Source of the DNA: an uncultured Alphaproteobacteria bacterium
GTDB taxonomy: Bacteria; Pseudomonadota; Alphaproteobacteria; Rhizobiales; Xanthobacteraceae
Direction: 5' to 3'
Assembly (NCBI GenBank): GCA_963725495.1
Contig: CAVRYM010000005.1
Span: forward strand, 723,617-787,616
Length of the DNA stretch: 64,000 bases
This document shows, in pieces, positions 1 through 9,305 of this stretch. The notes below the pieces were generated by a model. The model searched no databases and had not been told where the DNA came from. It was given only the letters and a program-made list of their open reading frames with translations. Numbering within the stretch: position 1 is the stretch's first letter; each line of letters begins with the position of its first letter. Made by a program: the position numbers and the translations under genes.

Positions 1-484
1 CAAGATACCGCGTGGCGCTTATGTTCTTTGCCATCCACTCGCCGATCCGGCCGTGACGACCGATACGTTCTTTAAGGCCTATACGCCACAGCCGGGCGAT
101 TTGTTGCCGACGTTGGATATTGAGGATATTTGGGACAATAGCTGCGGTTTGTCCGCGCCGGCACGTATTAGCCTGATCCAGACGATGGTCGATTCCATAT
201 CGAAGCGTATCAACGGCCAAAAGCCACTTATCTATACCAAAACGCGGGTCTGGAACGACCTTACTAATCCCATGCAGTTTGCAAGCTGCCCGCTTTGGAT
301 CATGAACTATGAGACAATGCCGACCCCACTAAACTTGCCGCCGACATGGCAGACATTCGCATTCTGGCAATACGCCCAAAACGTCGACATCCAAAACATC
401 GGCATCGACGATTATGATCCCGATTTATTCAATGGATCCGAAGCTGAGTTGAAGAATTTCACCATTCAAAAGGTAACGGCTTAG
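1..484 (+). CDS. Glycoside hydrolase family 25 lysozyme/muramidase, C-terminal part (5' end lies outside the window)
   Basis: Reading frame is open to the window edge (KIPRGAYVLCHP...). Pattern FWQY...DIQNIG...DPDLFNGS is typical of GH25. GC is clearly lower than in neighbouring genes. Confidence 0.7.
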   Translation, partial: KIPRGAYVLCHPLADPAVTTDTFFKAYTPQPGDLLPTLDIEDIWDNSCGLSAPARISLIQTMVDSISKRINGQKPLIYTKTRVWNDLTNPMQFASCPLWIMNYETMPTPLNLPPTWQTFAFWQYAQNVDIQNIGIDDYDPDLFNGSEAELKNFTIQKVTA

Positions 485-700
485 CGCGTAGCAAACGTAG
501 AATGGGCAAAATCGTCTGTTCGGCGCAACCGCGTGCATGAGCGATTTTGCCCACGCGGCCGCTGTTCCGGCACGGTGCCCACCCTACATCTGCTCACTTC
601 GCGCTGGGCGCTGCGGCAGGACGAGCCGATGCCGGCGAACGTGCGCGAATGCCGGCGGCGCCGCGCAGGCGCGCCTTCGGCGAATGAAAGCCGAGCAAGC

Positions 701-779
701 GTAGCCCGGATGAGCGAAGCGACATCCGGGATCTGCTGTCCTGCGCAACCCCGCATGTCGCTTCGCTCATGCGGGCTAC
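701..779. repeat. REP-type palindromic element gtagcccggatgagcgaagcg...cgcttcgctcatgcgggctac, copy 1
   Basis: Long inverted repeat. A second copy lies at 32211-32279. Confidence 0.8.
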
Positions 780-855
780 TCAGTGTCCAGAAATCGGGTG
801 TCGCCGCGTGCGTTTCAGCTCCATGTTTCTCGCACCAACACATGGAGAAACCATC

Positions 856-1314
856 ATGCACTTTCGCATCCAGGGCCTGCCGGCCGAACAATTCGCCCCG
901 CTGTTTGCGCTGTCCGATGAGGCGCTGCAGGAACGCGGCGCGGTGCGCACCATTGCCGACGGGCCGCGCCCCTGCCGCATCAGCCTCACCGACGCCAAGC
1001 CGGGCGACGAGCTGATCCTGGTCAATTTCGAGCATCATGCCGTGGCCTCGCCGTACCGCATGCGCTTTGCGATTTACGTGCGCGCGGGCGAGGCGACGTT
1101 CGACGCGCTCGACACGGTGCCGGAGCAGTTGCGCACGCGCACGCTCGCGGTGCGCGGCTTCGACGGCGGCGCGATGATGACCGGTTGGGAATTGACCGAG
1201 GGCGTCAAGCTCGAAGAGGCGATCGAACGGCAATTCGCCAATCCGCGCACGGCCTATCTGCACGTGCACTTCGCCGCGCCTGGCTGCTACGCCGCGCGCA
1301 TCGAGCGGGCGTGA
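856..1314 (+). CDS. DUF1203 family protein
   Basis: MHFRIQGLPAEQFAPLF...ISLTDAKPGDELILVNFEH pattern. ATG at 856 lies inside the longer track ORF 769-1314. Confidence 0.65.
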   Translation: MHFRIQGLPAEQFAPLFALSDEALQERGAVRTIADGPRPCRISLTDAKPGDELILVNFEHHAVASPYRMRFAIYVRAGEATFDALDTVPEQLRTRTLAVRGFDGGAMMTGWELTEGVKLEEAIERQFANPRTAYLHVHFAAPGCYAARIERA

Positions 1315-1378
1315 AAAATTCTCCCCCGCGCAAGGGATGAATCGGTGAAAAAACCCGTCGCCTCCCGTCACTATTCTC

Positions 1379-1407
1379 TTGACATATGTCCTTTTTTTGG
1401 GTACAAA
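1379..1407 (+). promoter_or_regulatory. Sigma70-like promoter TTGACA-N17-TACAAA at the head of an ORF-poor region
   Basis: ttgaca (1379-1384), 17-nt spacer, tacaaa (1402-1407). No convincing CDS lies downstream for more than 600 nt. Confidence 0.3.
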
Positions 1408-2119
1408 CGCCCATCCTGCTCGGCCAAGGGACGTCAACCGGTGACGGCTGATTGATGGAGCGGGAGCGGTGCCCGGGATGGGGCTCGTAACTCTGTCCGC
1501 GGGCGGTTCGGAAACTCGCCCGGCCGGCCACGTCGCCGGTCTGCCAGGAGCTGGCTGCCCGGGGAGCGGATCGGTTGTCCGCTACCATGAAGCGCGGGAC
1601 CGGACTGAGCCTGAGGCTCTCAAGGCCTCTGGCGAGAGCCGCGGTAGAGCGCCGAGAGGCGAGCGCGTCCGATGAGGGCGCGCGCCGCAGACGCGCAACG
1701 CAAGCGACGCTTCGCTTGTGCGCGAACGCGGCCACTACCACGCGCCTTTCGGCGCTCCGCCTCCCCTTTTATTTGCTCGGGAGGCGCTTCGTTCGCTGTT
1801 TGACAACCTCGGGCGCCGACAAGACGCGCCGCGAGAACGAGAATCTTTGGATCACCTCTTGCTCAAGGCAAGAGGCAAATTTCGGCTGGCCTACGCGCTG
1901 GGTTACTCCAGCGCAGCATCGATTGCCGGACCTTCGTCCGCCGAAGGACATACGTCCGCCGAGAAACATGCCCGACTAAACGGATAACAATGGATGACTA
2001 CGGTCCGCAGGCGGATCAAGTCTGGCAATGACGAACAGGGGCGCATCGACGCTTCGGCTTAAAACGCGTGGGCACGGCGCGTTCCGCGCTTTTGCCCATT
2101 TGCTCGTGCCGCAGGGCGA

Positions 2120-2299
2120 TTATTTCTTCCGCTTTTTCCTGCCGAAGGCCGCGACCACTTCCTTTTTCCTGATGCGCGCGGCCGGGTTGCCGCGCTCGCC
2201 GAGGTTTTGCTCCTCGGTGCCATCGCCCATCATGCCGGGATGAGATACCTTTGGTTTTTTCCCGCGGCTTTTGGCGACTGCCGACTTTCTCTTCTTCAT
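2120..2299 (-). CDS. Small lysine-rich protein, 59 aa (MKKRKSAVAKSRGKKPKVSHPGMMGDGTEEQNLGERGNPAARIRKKEVVAAFGRKKRKK)
   Basis: ATG preceded by GGAG. High GC3 in the central part. Below the length cutoff of the ORF track. The overlapping 113-aa track ORF is Arg-rich and looks like an off-frame shadow. Confidence 0.45.
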   Translation of the reverse strand: MKKRKSAVAKSRGKKPKVSHPGMMGDGTEEQNLGERGNPAARIRKKEVVAAFGRKKRKK

Positions 2300-2426
2300 G
2301 CCGAATACTCCGTGCGAGAGCCCGATGGTGGCTGATGCATGATACGCGTCTCAACATGTCGGCGATAGACGCACGAGGTGTCGACCCCTTGCGGCTTCAT
2401 CCCGGATTTCGCGGAGCCTGTGATCA

Positions 2427-2456
2427 GGCCGGCCACTTCGGGCCCGACCCGTTGGC
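2427..2456. repeat. Short GC-rich repeat ggccggccacttcgggcc(c/g)gacccgttggc, copy 1
   Basis: Near-identical 30-mer occurs again at 3762-3791. Confidence 0.6.
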
Positions 2457-2544
2457 CCAATCCGGGCTATAATTCCCCGCGATGGCCACTGTCCACGACG
2501 GCGACCTTCCCGCGGGGCTCACGTTCCCCACCACCCGCGCCATC

Positions 2545-2928
2545 ATGCGCTGGTTGCTGGCGGCATTCTTCGTCGCGGCCGGAGTGGCGCATCTCGTGGT
2601 GCCCGGTGAGCTTCTCAAGATCACGCCGGATTGGGTGCCGTTCGCGCCGCAGGTGATTTTCGTTACCGGGCTGTGCGAATTCGCCGGCGCCTTGGCGCTG
2701 GTCACGCGGCCTTTGCGATACTGGGCCGGCATCGGGCTCGCTGTCTATGCGGTCTGCGTGTGGCCCGCTAATTTCAAGCACGCCTTCGACCGCATCGACA
2801 TCCCGCATTTGTCGTCGAGCTGGTGGTATCACGCGCCGCGGCTCGCCTTGCAGCCGGTGATCATCTGGTGGGCGCTGTTTTGCTCCGGCGTCGTCGACTG
2901 GCCGTTGCGAAGGCATAACCGGGATTGA
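2545..2928 (+). CDS. DoxX-like family membrane protein
   Basis: Four hydrophobic helices. MRWLLAAFFVAAGVAHL...FAGALALV pattern. Start chosen at the internal Met of ORF 2482-2928. Confidence 0.6.
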   Translation: MRWLLAAFFVAAGVAHLVVPGELLKITPDWVPFAPQVIFVTGLCEFAGALALVTRPLRYWAGIGLAVYAVCVWPANFKHAFDRIDIPHLSSSWWYHAPRLALQPVIIWWALFCSGVVDWPLRRHNRD

Positions 2929-2947
2929 GCGGGTGACTTACTGCGCG

Positions 2948-3235
2948 CTATTTCACGAAATCATTGGAGCGCAATACCAAAACCCGGCCCGGCCGCGCGT
3001 GCTCATCGTGGAATTTGCTTGATGCCCGCTGTTCGATGACGTCGCGCAAGCGCAAGAACTGCTCGATGCGCTGCTCCGCCTTCACGCCGCGCGCGTGCTC
3101 GATATCGTCCATCGCGGTGGTGCTGATCGCGCAAACCACGATCGTGTCCTGATCGCGCATCGTGAAGTCGATGACCATCCGGTCGAAATCGTAGCCTTGC
3201 ACCTCGCCTCGCAGCAGCGGCATTGAATGCTCCAT
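2948..3235 (-). CDS. DUF1488 family protein
   Basis: 95-aa ORF with the pattern ...FTMRDQDTIVVCAISTTAMDD... Confidence 0.55.
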   Translation of the reverse strand: MEHSMPLLRGEVQGYDFDRMVIDFTMRDQDTIVVCAISTTAMDDIEHARGVKAEQRIEQFLRLRDVIEQRASSKFHDEHARPGRVLVLRSNDFVK

Positions 3236-3277
3236 GCCGGCGCGCGCCTGATCGCGCCGCGCCGGCCTATAGCCGGC

Positions 3278-3547
3278 TCAGCGGTCGCGCCCTTCCTTGG
3301 CTTGTCCGTCCAAAAACTCCGACAAGGTGCCGTTGTCTTTTTTCTTGGCTTTTCGTTTCGGCGCGGCCTGCGGCGGCGGAGCGGCGGCGTCGCGCGCGAG
3401 GCGCAGCGCCTTGAGCCGCTCGGTCTTCGCGCGCGTCGCGGCAGCTTCGTTCTCGTAATCCGACGTCGCCTTTTTGGCGTCGTTGGCGCGCTGCAATTTC
3501 GCGAATTCCGCGCTGGCGTTGTATTTATTGGATTTCTCGGTCATCAA
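3278..3547 (-). CDS. Small conserved Ala/Lys-rich hypothetical protein
   Basis: 89-aa ORF with coding-like codon usage: KYNASAEFAKLQRANDAKKATSDYENEAAATRAKTERLKALRLARD. Confidence 0.55.
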   Translation of the reverse strand: MMTEKSNKYNASAEFAKLQRANDAKKATSDYENEAAATRAKTERLKALRLARDAAAPPPQAAPKRKAKKKDNGTLSEFLDGQAKEGRDR

Positions 3548-3761
3548 AGTCCTTTTTGAGGGTGTCGATAAAGGTTCCTCATCAGCATAGCAGACTGCGG
3601 CCGGAATCGGCGGAAAATCGGCTGCCCGCCGGCCGGTCGATCGATGGGCAGCGAGCGTCGGATTGGGTCCGCACGACGCAGGCCAATGACAAGCCCCGCG
3701 CTGTGCCCGTGCGCTCTGATCGGCGATGGCATGCGCGTCGGCTGCGCCGAGCCCGTCGTCG

Positions 3762-3791
3762 GGCCGGCCACTTCGGGCCGGACCCGTTGGC
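3762..3791. repeat. Short GC-rich repeat ggccggccacttcgggccggacccgttggc, copy 2
   Basis: Matches 2427-2456. Confidence 0.6.
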
Positions 3792-3909
3792 TCGCAACGA
3801 TGCTCCTCACCCGGCTCAGTCTCGCTCCGCTCGACAGCGCCGGCCTGGATTTAACGCGGGGCCGGTAGATGGTTGAGGCCGTGCCAAACCCATCGTTTCC
3901 TTCGCCGCC

Positions 3910-4608
3910 CTAAGGCCGCGCAACGCCCGCGGCCAGAGCGTCTTTCACCATCTCAATCCCGTAGTTTTGCGCCGCCTGGCGGACCAGCAGATATTGCAAA
4001 AACAATCCGCCGCAATAGAGCGCCCAATGTGTCCACGGCGCGATCACGAAGAAGCCAGCGGCGCCGAGCGCGATCAGCATGGCAAAGCTGATGACCGCAT
4101 AATCGCGCGTAAACAGGAAATTGCGGTGCGCCTGCTGCACGGACGGCATGTCCTGCACCGGAAAGTACACCTGCTTATACCAGTGAGCGTTCTGTTCCTT
4201 GGGGTTCTTCTTCATTGCCGCCGTGACGTGGAATTTCTTGTGGACTTCTTCTTCGGTAAAGCGGTCGTCGTCTTTGGCGTAGACCGTAAACGCTCGCGAC
4301 CCGGGAAGCGGGTGCTTCCAATGCGAGATAAAAACCAGCCGGTCTTTGGTCGTTGCGCTGAACAGCCCGCTGACGACGCGAATCATCGCCAGGCCGACGC
4401 CGGCGGGCAGCAGGAACGCCCAGGCTGTCGCGAGCTCGGATAACGGCTTGGGGTCAATGGCTGCCACCGCCCCAAAGGCAATCAAATTGAACGCGGTGAT
4501 TGCCAGCAGGCCGGGCCAATTCTGCTCGATGAGTGGCTGGGAGCCTTCATTTGCTGGCATGGCTTGCCCGGTCGGCGCAGATAGCGGGATGCTGCGCCGA
4601 TCATGCAA
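3910..4608 (-). CDS. Hypothetical membrane protein (2 N-terminal and 2 C-terminal TM helices around a soluble Lys/His-rich insert)
   Basis: 232-aa ORF with clear hydrophobic segments. No family recognised. Confidence 0.5.
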   Translation of the reverse strand: MHDRRSIPLSAPTGQAMPANEGSQPLIEQNWPGLLAITAFNLIAFGAVAAIDPKPLSELATAWAFLLPAGVGLAMIRVVSGLFSATTKDRLVFISHWKHPLPGSRAFTVYAKDDDRFTEEEVHKKFHVTAAMKKNPKEQNAHWYKQVYFPVQDMPSVQQAHRNFLFTRDYAVISFAMLIALGAAGFFVIAPWTHWALYCGGLFLQYLLVRQAAQNYGIEMVKDALAAGVARP

Positions 4609-4674
4609 GGCATGGTTGATAAAGGCAACCCCGCGGGTCGGACGGCTTCGCCGCGCTCAGCCACCCTGCAAAAT

Positions 4675-5112
4675 TTACCTCACCGTGAGGATCAGGCCGT
4701 TGAGGTCCGCGCTGACGATGGCGCCGATCGAACGGCCGCTGAGCGTCAGGATCGCGCCCTTCTCATTGGTCAGCACGATCGCCTGTGCGCCGGCGCCGAC
4801 CGCCGCGCCGACATTGCCGGCGGCATAGACGCCGCTCACGTCCGACGGTCCGCGGATATGGCTGACGGTGCCGCGGAAGCGCGTTTCCGAAGCGCCGAAG
4901 GTGAAGCCATAGCTCAGCCCGCCGATGCTGAGCGGGTAGGCCGCGCCGTGAAAGAACAGCGTGCCCGAGCCGCCCGAGCCGCCGACGACGAAGCCCGCTT
5001 TGACTATGGTGAAGGTGATGCCGCCTTCGTCGGCCTGTGCCGACTGAAAGGTGACGCCGGCCAAGGCCAGCACTGCGACGAGACCTGCTCGAAAGGTGGA
5101 TAAGGCGCGCAT
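4675..5112 (-). CDS. Secreted Gly-rich beta-type protein, family uncertain
   Basis: Signal peptide MRALSTFRAGLVAVLALAGVTFQSAQA, followed by repeated G-rich strands. Start is at the internal Met of track ORF 4675-5499. Confidence 0.55.
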   Translation of the reverse strand: MRALSTFRAGLVAVLALAGVTFQSAQADEGGITFTIVKAGFVVGGSGGSGTLFFHGAAYPLSIGGLSYGFTFGASETRFRGTVSHIRGPSDVSGVYAAGNVGAAVGAGAQAIVLTNEKGAILTLSGRSIGAIVSADLNGLILTVR

Positions 5113-5275
5113 AGGCGTTTGCTCCCCGGAGGTGTGTGAGGACGTGAATCGGCTGTGTGGACGCGAATCAGCTTTGCCGCGCGGAATCATACCGCGCCGG
5201 CGCCCGCATGAGCGAGCTATTACCTTCCTTCGCCCCGCGGACGGGGGGAGAAGGGCGGGCAGCGCAACCTTCCTG

Positions 5276-5797
5276 CTAATCCAATCCCATGGCGGCCCGC
5301 AGGCGCGCCTCATTCGCCGCCAGCCAGGCCGAGCGCTTTTCGTAGAGAGCGCCGTCCCAGAACAATCTTTCCCAGTCGGGAGCCGGTGCGGAATAGCCGC
5401 GTGAGGTGAATTTGCCGAAAATATCCGACCATCCATCGGGCCCATTTGCTTCGAATTCAGCGTTTGCGCGCTCACGCATGTCACCGCATTCGCGCTCATC
5501 GCGTTCGCACAAAGTCCACAGCTCGCTCAGCGCGGCGCTTTGTTCCGATGTGCCGATCAGCAGATATCCTTCCCGCGCGATGTTGATGATCTCGCGCCAG
5601 TGCGGGAAGCAGTTCCACAAAAACTGCGCCCAGCCGCCGTTGCTGATGTTGTATTCGATGTCCACAAACGCCGGGATCATCTTGATCTCGAGCGGCGGCC
5701 CTTCCGTCGCCGGCCGGCCGTACCAGGTCGGCCCATTCGGGTAATTCAGTTCAAGCCAATCACCGATCATCCGTTCGATAGGTTCACCGCCGGACAT
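5276..5797 (-). CDS. DUF4375/DMP19-like protein
   Basis: NGGWAQFLWN motif resembles the NGGfxQyfxN signature of DMP19 C-terminal domain proteins. Confidence 0.55.
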   Translation of the reverse strand: MSGGEPIERMIGDWLELNYPNGPTWYGRPATEGPPLEIKMIPAFVDIEYNISNGGWAQFLWNCFPHWREIINIAREGYLLIGTSEQSAALSELWTLCERDERECGDMRERANAEFEANGPDGWSDIFGKFTSRGYSAPAPDWERLFWDGALYEKRSAWLAANEARLRAAMGLD

Positions 5798-5817
5798 GAC
5801 ACAGATCCGCTTGACTA

Positions 5818-5853
5818 GAACAAACCAAGAACATATAAAGCAACGTCAAGTTG
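5818..5853 (-). promoter_or_regulatory. LexA-box-like direct repeat GAAC-N7-GAAC (5818-5832) plus invariant 13-mer caacgtcaagttg (5841-5853), module 1
   Basis: agaacaaaccaagaacatataaagcaacgtcaagttg lies 21 nt upstream of the 5797 start. Related modules occur at 9745 and 11682. Confidence 0.5.
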
Positions 5854-5937
5854 TCAAGCGGGAAAATCGAGGTGGCGATATCCAATCAAAATGAGGTGGT
5901 GACAAGCGACGGCGCAGCGAGATTCTTCGCTCGAGTT

Positions 5938-6735
5938 CTACGACCTCACCCGGCCGCCATCCACATTGAGTGTCTGCCCAGTCATGAAAGCCGCGTCGTC
6001 GCTGGTAAGGAACGACAGCGCGCCGACGAGATCGTCCGGCGCTTCGACGCGCTTGATTGCCTGCAATTGGGCGACGGCGAGAAATTCCTCGTCCATGTTG
6101 GCGAATCCGGGCCGTGGTTTGCGTACAAGCGTGCCTGGCGAACGCGTCAGCCCCGGCGCGATGGCGTTCACCGTGATGCCGTCGGCGGCGAGGTCACCGG
6201 CAAGCCCGCGGGTGAAGCCGATGATGCCGCCTTTGCTCGCGACGTAATGCGCAAAGCCGGTGGTCACCGAGCCGAACGTGCTCGACGCCATGCTGACGAT
6301 GCGCCCCCACTTGCGCGCGCGCATGCCCGGCACGAAGGCGGCAGTGACGAGGAAGGTGCCGTCGAGATTGATGGAGAGGACGCGCCGCCATTCGGCAAAC
6401 GTCATGGCGGCGAAGTCGAGCTGCGGAAAAATGCCGGCGCAGTTCACCACGATGTCGACGCGAGCGAACTTGGCCTGCACCTGTTTCGCCATCGCGGCGA
6501 CCGAGTCCTCCTTCGACACATCGCAGACGACCGCGAGCGCATCGCGCCCCGCGGCTTCGACGAGCTTCACAGTCTCGCGCGCCTCGGCCATGTCGGCGAC
6601 GGCGACATGCACGCCGTCCTCGGCGAGCCGCTTGGCGAAGGCCTGCCCGATGCCATTGGCCCCGCCAGTGATGACGGCGACTTTGTCCTTGTGTCCTTTG
6701 CCCACAACGTTTCCTCTCAATTGCCAGCAGCACAC
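5938..6735 (-). CDS. SDR family oxidoreductase
   Basis: TGGANGIG cofactor motif, YVASKGG catalytic motif, NCAG. The true start is probably a few codons downstream of 6735. Confidence 0.85.
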   Translation of the reverse strand: MCCWQLRGNVVGKGHKDKVAVITGGANGIGQAFAKRLAEDGVHVAVADMAEARETVKLVEAAGRDALAVVCDVSKEDSVAAMAKQVQAKFARVDIVVNCAGIFPQLDFAAMTFAEWRRVLSINLDGTFLVTAAFVPGMRARKWGRIVSMASSTFGSVTTGFAHYVASKGGIIGFTRGLAGDLAADGITVNAIAPGLTRSPGTLVRKPRPGFANMDEEFLAVAQLQAIKRVEAPDDLVGALSFLTSDDAAFMTGQTLNVDGGRVRS

Positions 6736-6834
6736 TGTTGCAGGGCCAATCTATCGGGGATTTATCAGCAAGCGTAGCCCTCCGCGGGGAAGGAAAGGGA
6801 TATGTTGCGCCGATAAAATTCAGAGGAGGCGCAC

Positions 6835-7606
6835 ATGCCCGGGCTCTTGCAAAATCACATCGCGGTCGTCACCGGCTCTGGGTCGGGGATCGGCCGCGCC
6901 ATCGCGCAGGGCTTTGCGCGCGAGGGTGCAACCGTCGCGGTGCTCGACATCGACGGCGCGACCGCGGGCAAGACTGCCGCCGACATCAACAGCGCCGGCG
7001 GCGTGGCGCACGCGTTCACGCTCGACGTGCGCGACCGCGCCGCCTGCCGCGACGTTGCGGCGAAAGTCGGCAAGCGATGTCGGTCAGGTGTCCATCCTGG
7101 TCAACAATGCCGGCATCAACCGGCGCAATCCTTTTACCGGCGATCCGGATGCCGTGCTCAAGGATTGGCAGGACATCATGGCGATCAACCTCAACGGCCT
7201 GTTCAACGTCACGCATGCTTTTCTGGCGCCGCTGCGCGCGGCCAAGGGGCGTATCGTCAATCTCGGTTCGATCCAGTCGTTCGTGCACGTGCGCACGCCG
7301 AACTCGCCGGCCTACACCACCTCCAAACACGGCGTGCTCGGCTTCACCCGCGCGCTCGCCGCCGAACTCGGCAAGGACGGCGTGCGCGTCAACGCCGTCG
7401 GCCCCGGCCTGATCGAAACGCCGCTCAACGAGCAGGTGCGCAAGAACAATCCGGAGCTGGTGAAGATCTTTCTCGATCACACCCCGCTCGGCCGCACCGG
7501 CAAGCCGGAGGACATCGTCGGCCCGGCGATTTTCCTCGCCTCGGATCTCTCCGCCTATGTCACCGGCGCGATCGTGATGGCGGATGGCGGCTACCGGGCG
7601 ATCTGA
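6835..7606 (+). pseudogene. SDR family oxidoreductase with a +1 frameshift near 7069
   Basis: N-terminus (TGSGSGIG) is in the frame of ORF 6835. The rest (SILVNNAG, YTTSKHG) is in the frame of ORF 6260-7606. Removing one G in gtcGGcaagc restores AAKVASDVGQVSILVNNAG. Confidence 0.8.
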
Positions 7607-7705
7607 AAGTGCGGGACCAGTGCTAGGCGAGACTTTCGCGCGCTGCCGGACCCGGTTTGTCGCGCGTGCCCAGCCGTGCTAGGCGCACGCGCCTGGAGCT
7701 TGCCC

Positions 7706-8275
7706 ATGACCGACGCCATCGAACTCCTCAAAAGCCGCCGCTCGTTCAAGCCGGTCGAATTGTCAGGTCCCGGCCCGTCCGCGGCCGAGATCGACACGCT
7801 TCTTACCGTCGCCTCGCGGGTGCCCGATCACGGCAAACTCACGCCGTGGCGCTTCATCGTGTTCGAGGGCGAGGCCCGGCGCGCGGCCGGCGACGCCATC
7901 GTCGCCGCTTTCCGCGCCAAATATCCGGACGCCAAGCCGGAACACGCCGAGGCCGAGCGGGCAAGACTCACCCGCGCGCCGCTCGTCATCGCCGTGATCA
8001 GCCGCGCCGCCCCGCATGTGAAAATCCCCGAATGGGAGCAGGTGCTCTCGGCCGGCGCGGCGGCGATGAATCTCGTGCTCGCCGCGCACGCACTCGATTA
8101 CGGTGCGAGCTGGATCACCGAGTGGTACGCCTACGACCGCGCGGTGCTCGACGCGCTGGGACTAAAGCCGCACGAGAAGATCGCGGGCTTTGTCCATATC
8201 GGCCGCCCGCCGGGCGTGCCAGAAGATCGGGAGCGCCCGCCGCTTGCGGAGATCGCGACGCGGTTTCCAGCCTAG
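7706..8275 (+). CDS. Nitroreductase family protein
   Basis: LLKSRRSFKP...PDHGKLTPWRFIVF pattern. Confidence 0.8.
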   Translation: MTDAIELLKSRRSFKPVELSGPGPSAAEIDTLLTVASRVPDHGKLTPWRFIVFEGEARRAAGDAIVAAFRAKYPDAKPEHAEAERARLTRAPLVIAVISRAAPHVKIPEWEQVLSAGAAAMNLVLAAHALDYGASWITEWYAYDRAVLDALGLKPHEKIAGFVHIGRPPGVPEDRERPPLAEIATRFPA

Positions 8276-8304
8276 CGGCCGAAAAGGTAGACGTCGCGGC
8301 ATCT

Positions 8305-8749
8305 TCAGCTTGATGGTGCGCATGCGCGGTTCGACCCGCGACGAATCTGCTGCGCCAATGCATTGGCTTCGGCCATATCAGCGGTACTTACGCTAAGGCA
8401 GGGCGAGCCGCAGAGCGGTTCGCGCACGATCGGCTTTGTGACGACCTGGCAGTCGATCATGATAGCCAGCGGTTGCTCGACGATTTGCTTGGTCGAGCTG
8501 GCAAACCCGCTGCCGAATGTCCTCAGAGTAGCAGAGCTCGACGTGCGGATCTTCATGCCCGAAGGTCTTCCCGGTCTCAGTATTGCGAAACTCGATTGTT
8601 GCCCGGGCTTCGACTCGGGTGATTGTGCTCGCCGGGATGTCGATGCGGCCTTGCGGGTTCACCAACGACAAGGCGATGTCGTCGGCAAAGGCCGATCCCA
8701 ATCCACCGCTCGCCGCTAAGATGATCGCGATCAGCCGCACGGATTTCAT
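8305..8749 (-). pseudogene. Stand-alone periplasmic SecD/SecF P1-head-like domain protein with a +1 frameshift near 8506
   Basis: Signal peptide MKSVRLIAIILAASGGLGSAFA. After removing one G, the sequence reads ...VELCYSEDIRQRFASSTKQIVEQPLAIMIDCQVVTKPIVREPLCGSPCLSVSTADMAEANALAQQIRRGS. This aligns by eye with the SecD P1 head (F..T..N.G..LAIVLDG.V..APVIR..I.GG...I.G....EA..LA..LR.GS). Confidence 0.6.
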
Positions 8750-8771
8750 TCGCCGCGCCGTTGCCATCGCC

Positions 8772-9302
8772 TTAGCTCACCGGCACGCATGTCGATTTTG
8801 CGTGCGGTGCAAGCGGCGCTTCGAACTTTAAGTCGTCAGTTGCACGGGCGCCGTAGCCATCGTGCAAAGCCTTCAAGATGAAATCCGCAATGCGGCCGAG
8901 GTCTGGCGGCGCGGGCACGTCGAACCAAATTTGGAAGTTTCCCGTCAAATCGTCAGTGGAAAATCCGAGGCGTGCCAGTGCAGCGACTGCGTCGGCAGGC
9001 AGCCAGCGGGTCCGCGGTTTACTCGCTACGTCGTCATAAAAGCCGGAGGCGGCTTCGCAAAGCATTCGCGTGCGCGTGTCGAATACGCATTGCACGTAAT
9101 CATGCGTATACCCGGCAAAATAGACGATCAAAAACCAATTTTGCGGGTTCGATGTATCGAACGCGCTGTAAATCTGCTGCAGGCGGTCGACTACCGGACA
9201 GCGATATTGCATCAGGAGATCACGGTAAGTGTCGGTGTCCTGTGCGCCGACGGACAGCGGCGTTATGAGTACCAGCAAAGCGACGAACGTCCGTTTGAAC
9301 AT
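8772..9302 (-). CDS. Secreted hypothetical protein
   Basis: Signal peptide MFKRTFVALLVLITPLSVGAQ. 176-aa ORF lying 3 nt downstream of the preceding gene. Confidence 0.55.
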   Translation of the reverse strand: MFKRTFVALLVLITPLSVGAQDTDTYRDLLMQYRCPVVDRLQQIYSAFDTSNPQNWFLIVYFAGYTHDYVQCVFDTRTRMLCEAASGFYDDVASKPRTRWLPADAVAALARLGFSTDDLTGNFQIWFDVPAPPDLGRIADFILKALHDGYGARATDDLKFEAPLAPHAKSTCVPVS

Positions 9303-9305
9303 CGG

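Noticed and set aside
481-1437. 318-aa minus-strand ORF overlapping the DUF1203 gene and a REP element
   Set aside because: Arg/Ala-rich shadow ORF of the kind produced by high GC3 on the opposite strand. No recognisable motifs, and it crosses a palindromic repeat.
1414-1990. Cobalamin riboswitch, two-piece tmRNA or RNase P RNA in the ORF-poor region
   Set aside because: Partial resemblances only (ggtgcc..., gccacg, gccaggag). No GGGAA core or B12-related downstream gene. No ANDN-type tag reading frame or GGTTCGA T-arm. No GAGGAAAGTCCGG RNase P signature.
2016-2357. 113-aa minus-strand ORF
   Set aside because: Arg-rich off-frame reading of the same DNA that encodes a better-supported 59-aa Lys-rich ORF (RBS, high GC3).
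3910-4608. SLATT/Pycsar-like membrane defence effector
   Set aside because: Only the 2+2 TM topology is suggestive. There is no recognisable motif and no partner cyclase or sensor gene nearby.
5851-6777. 308-aa plus-strand ORF antisense to the SDR gene
   Set aside because: Antisense shadow of a gene with clear SDR motifs. Its composition is Arg/Ala/Gly-biased.
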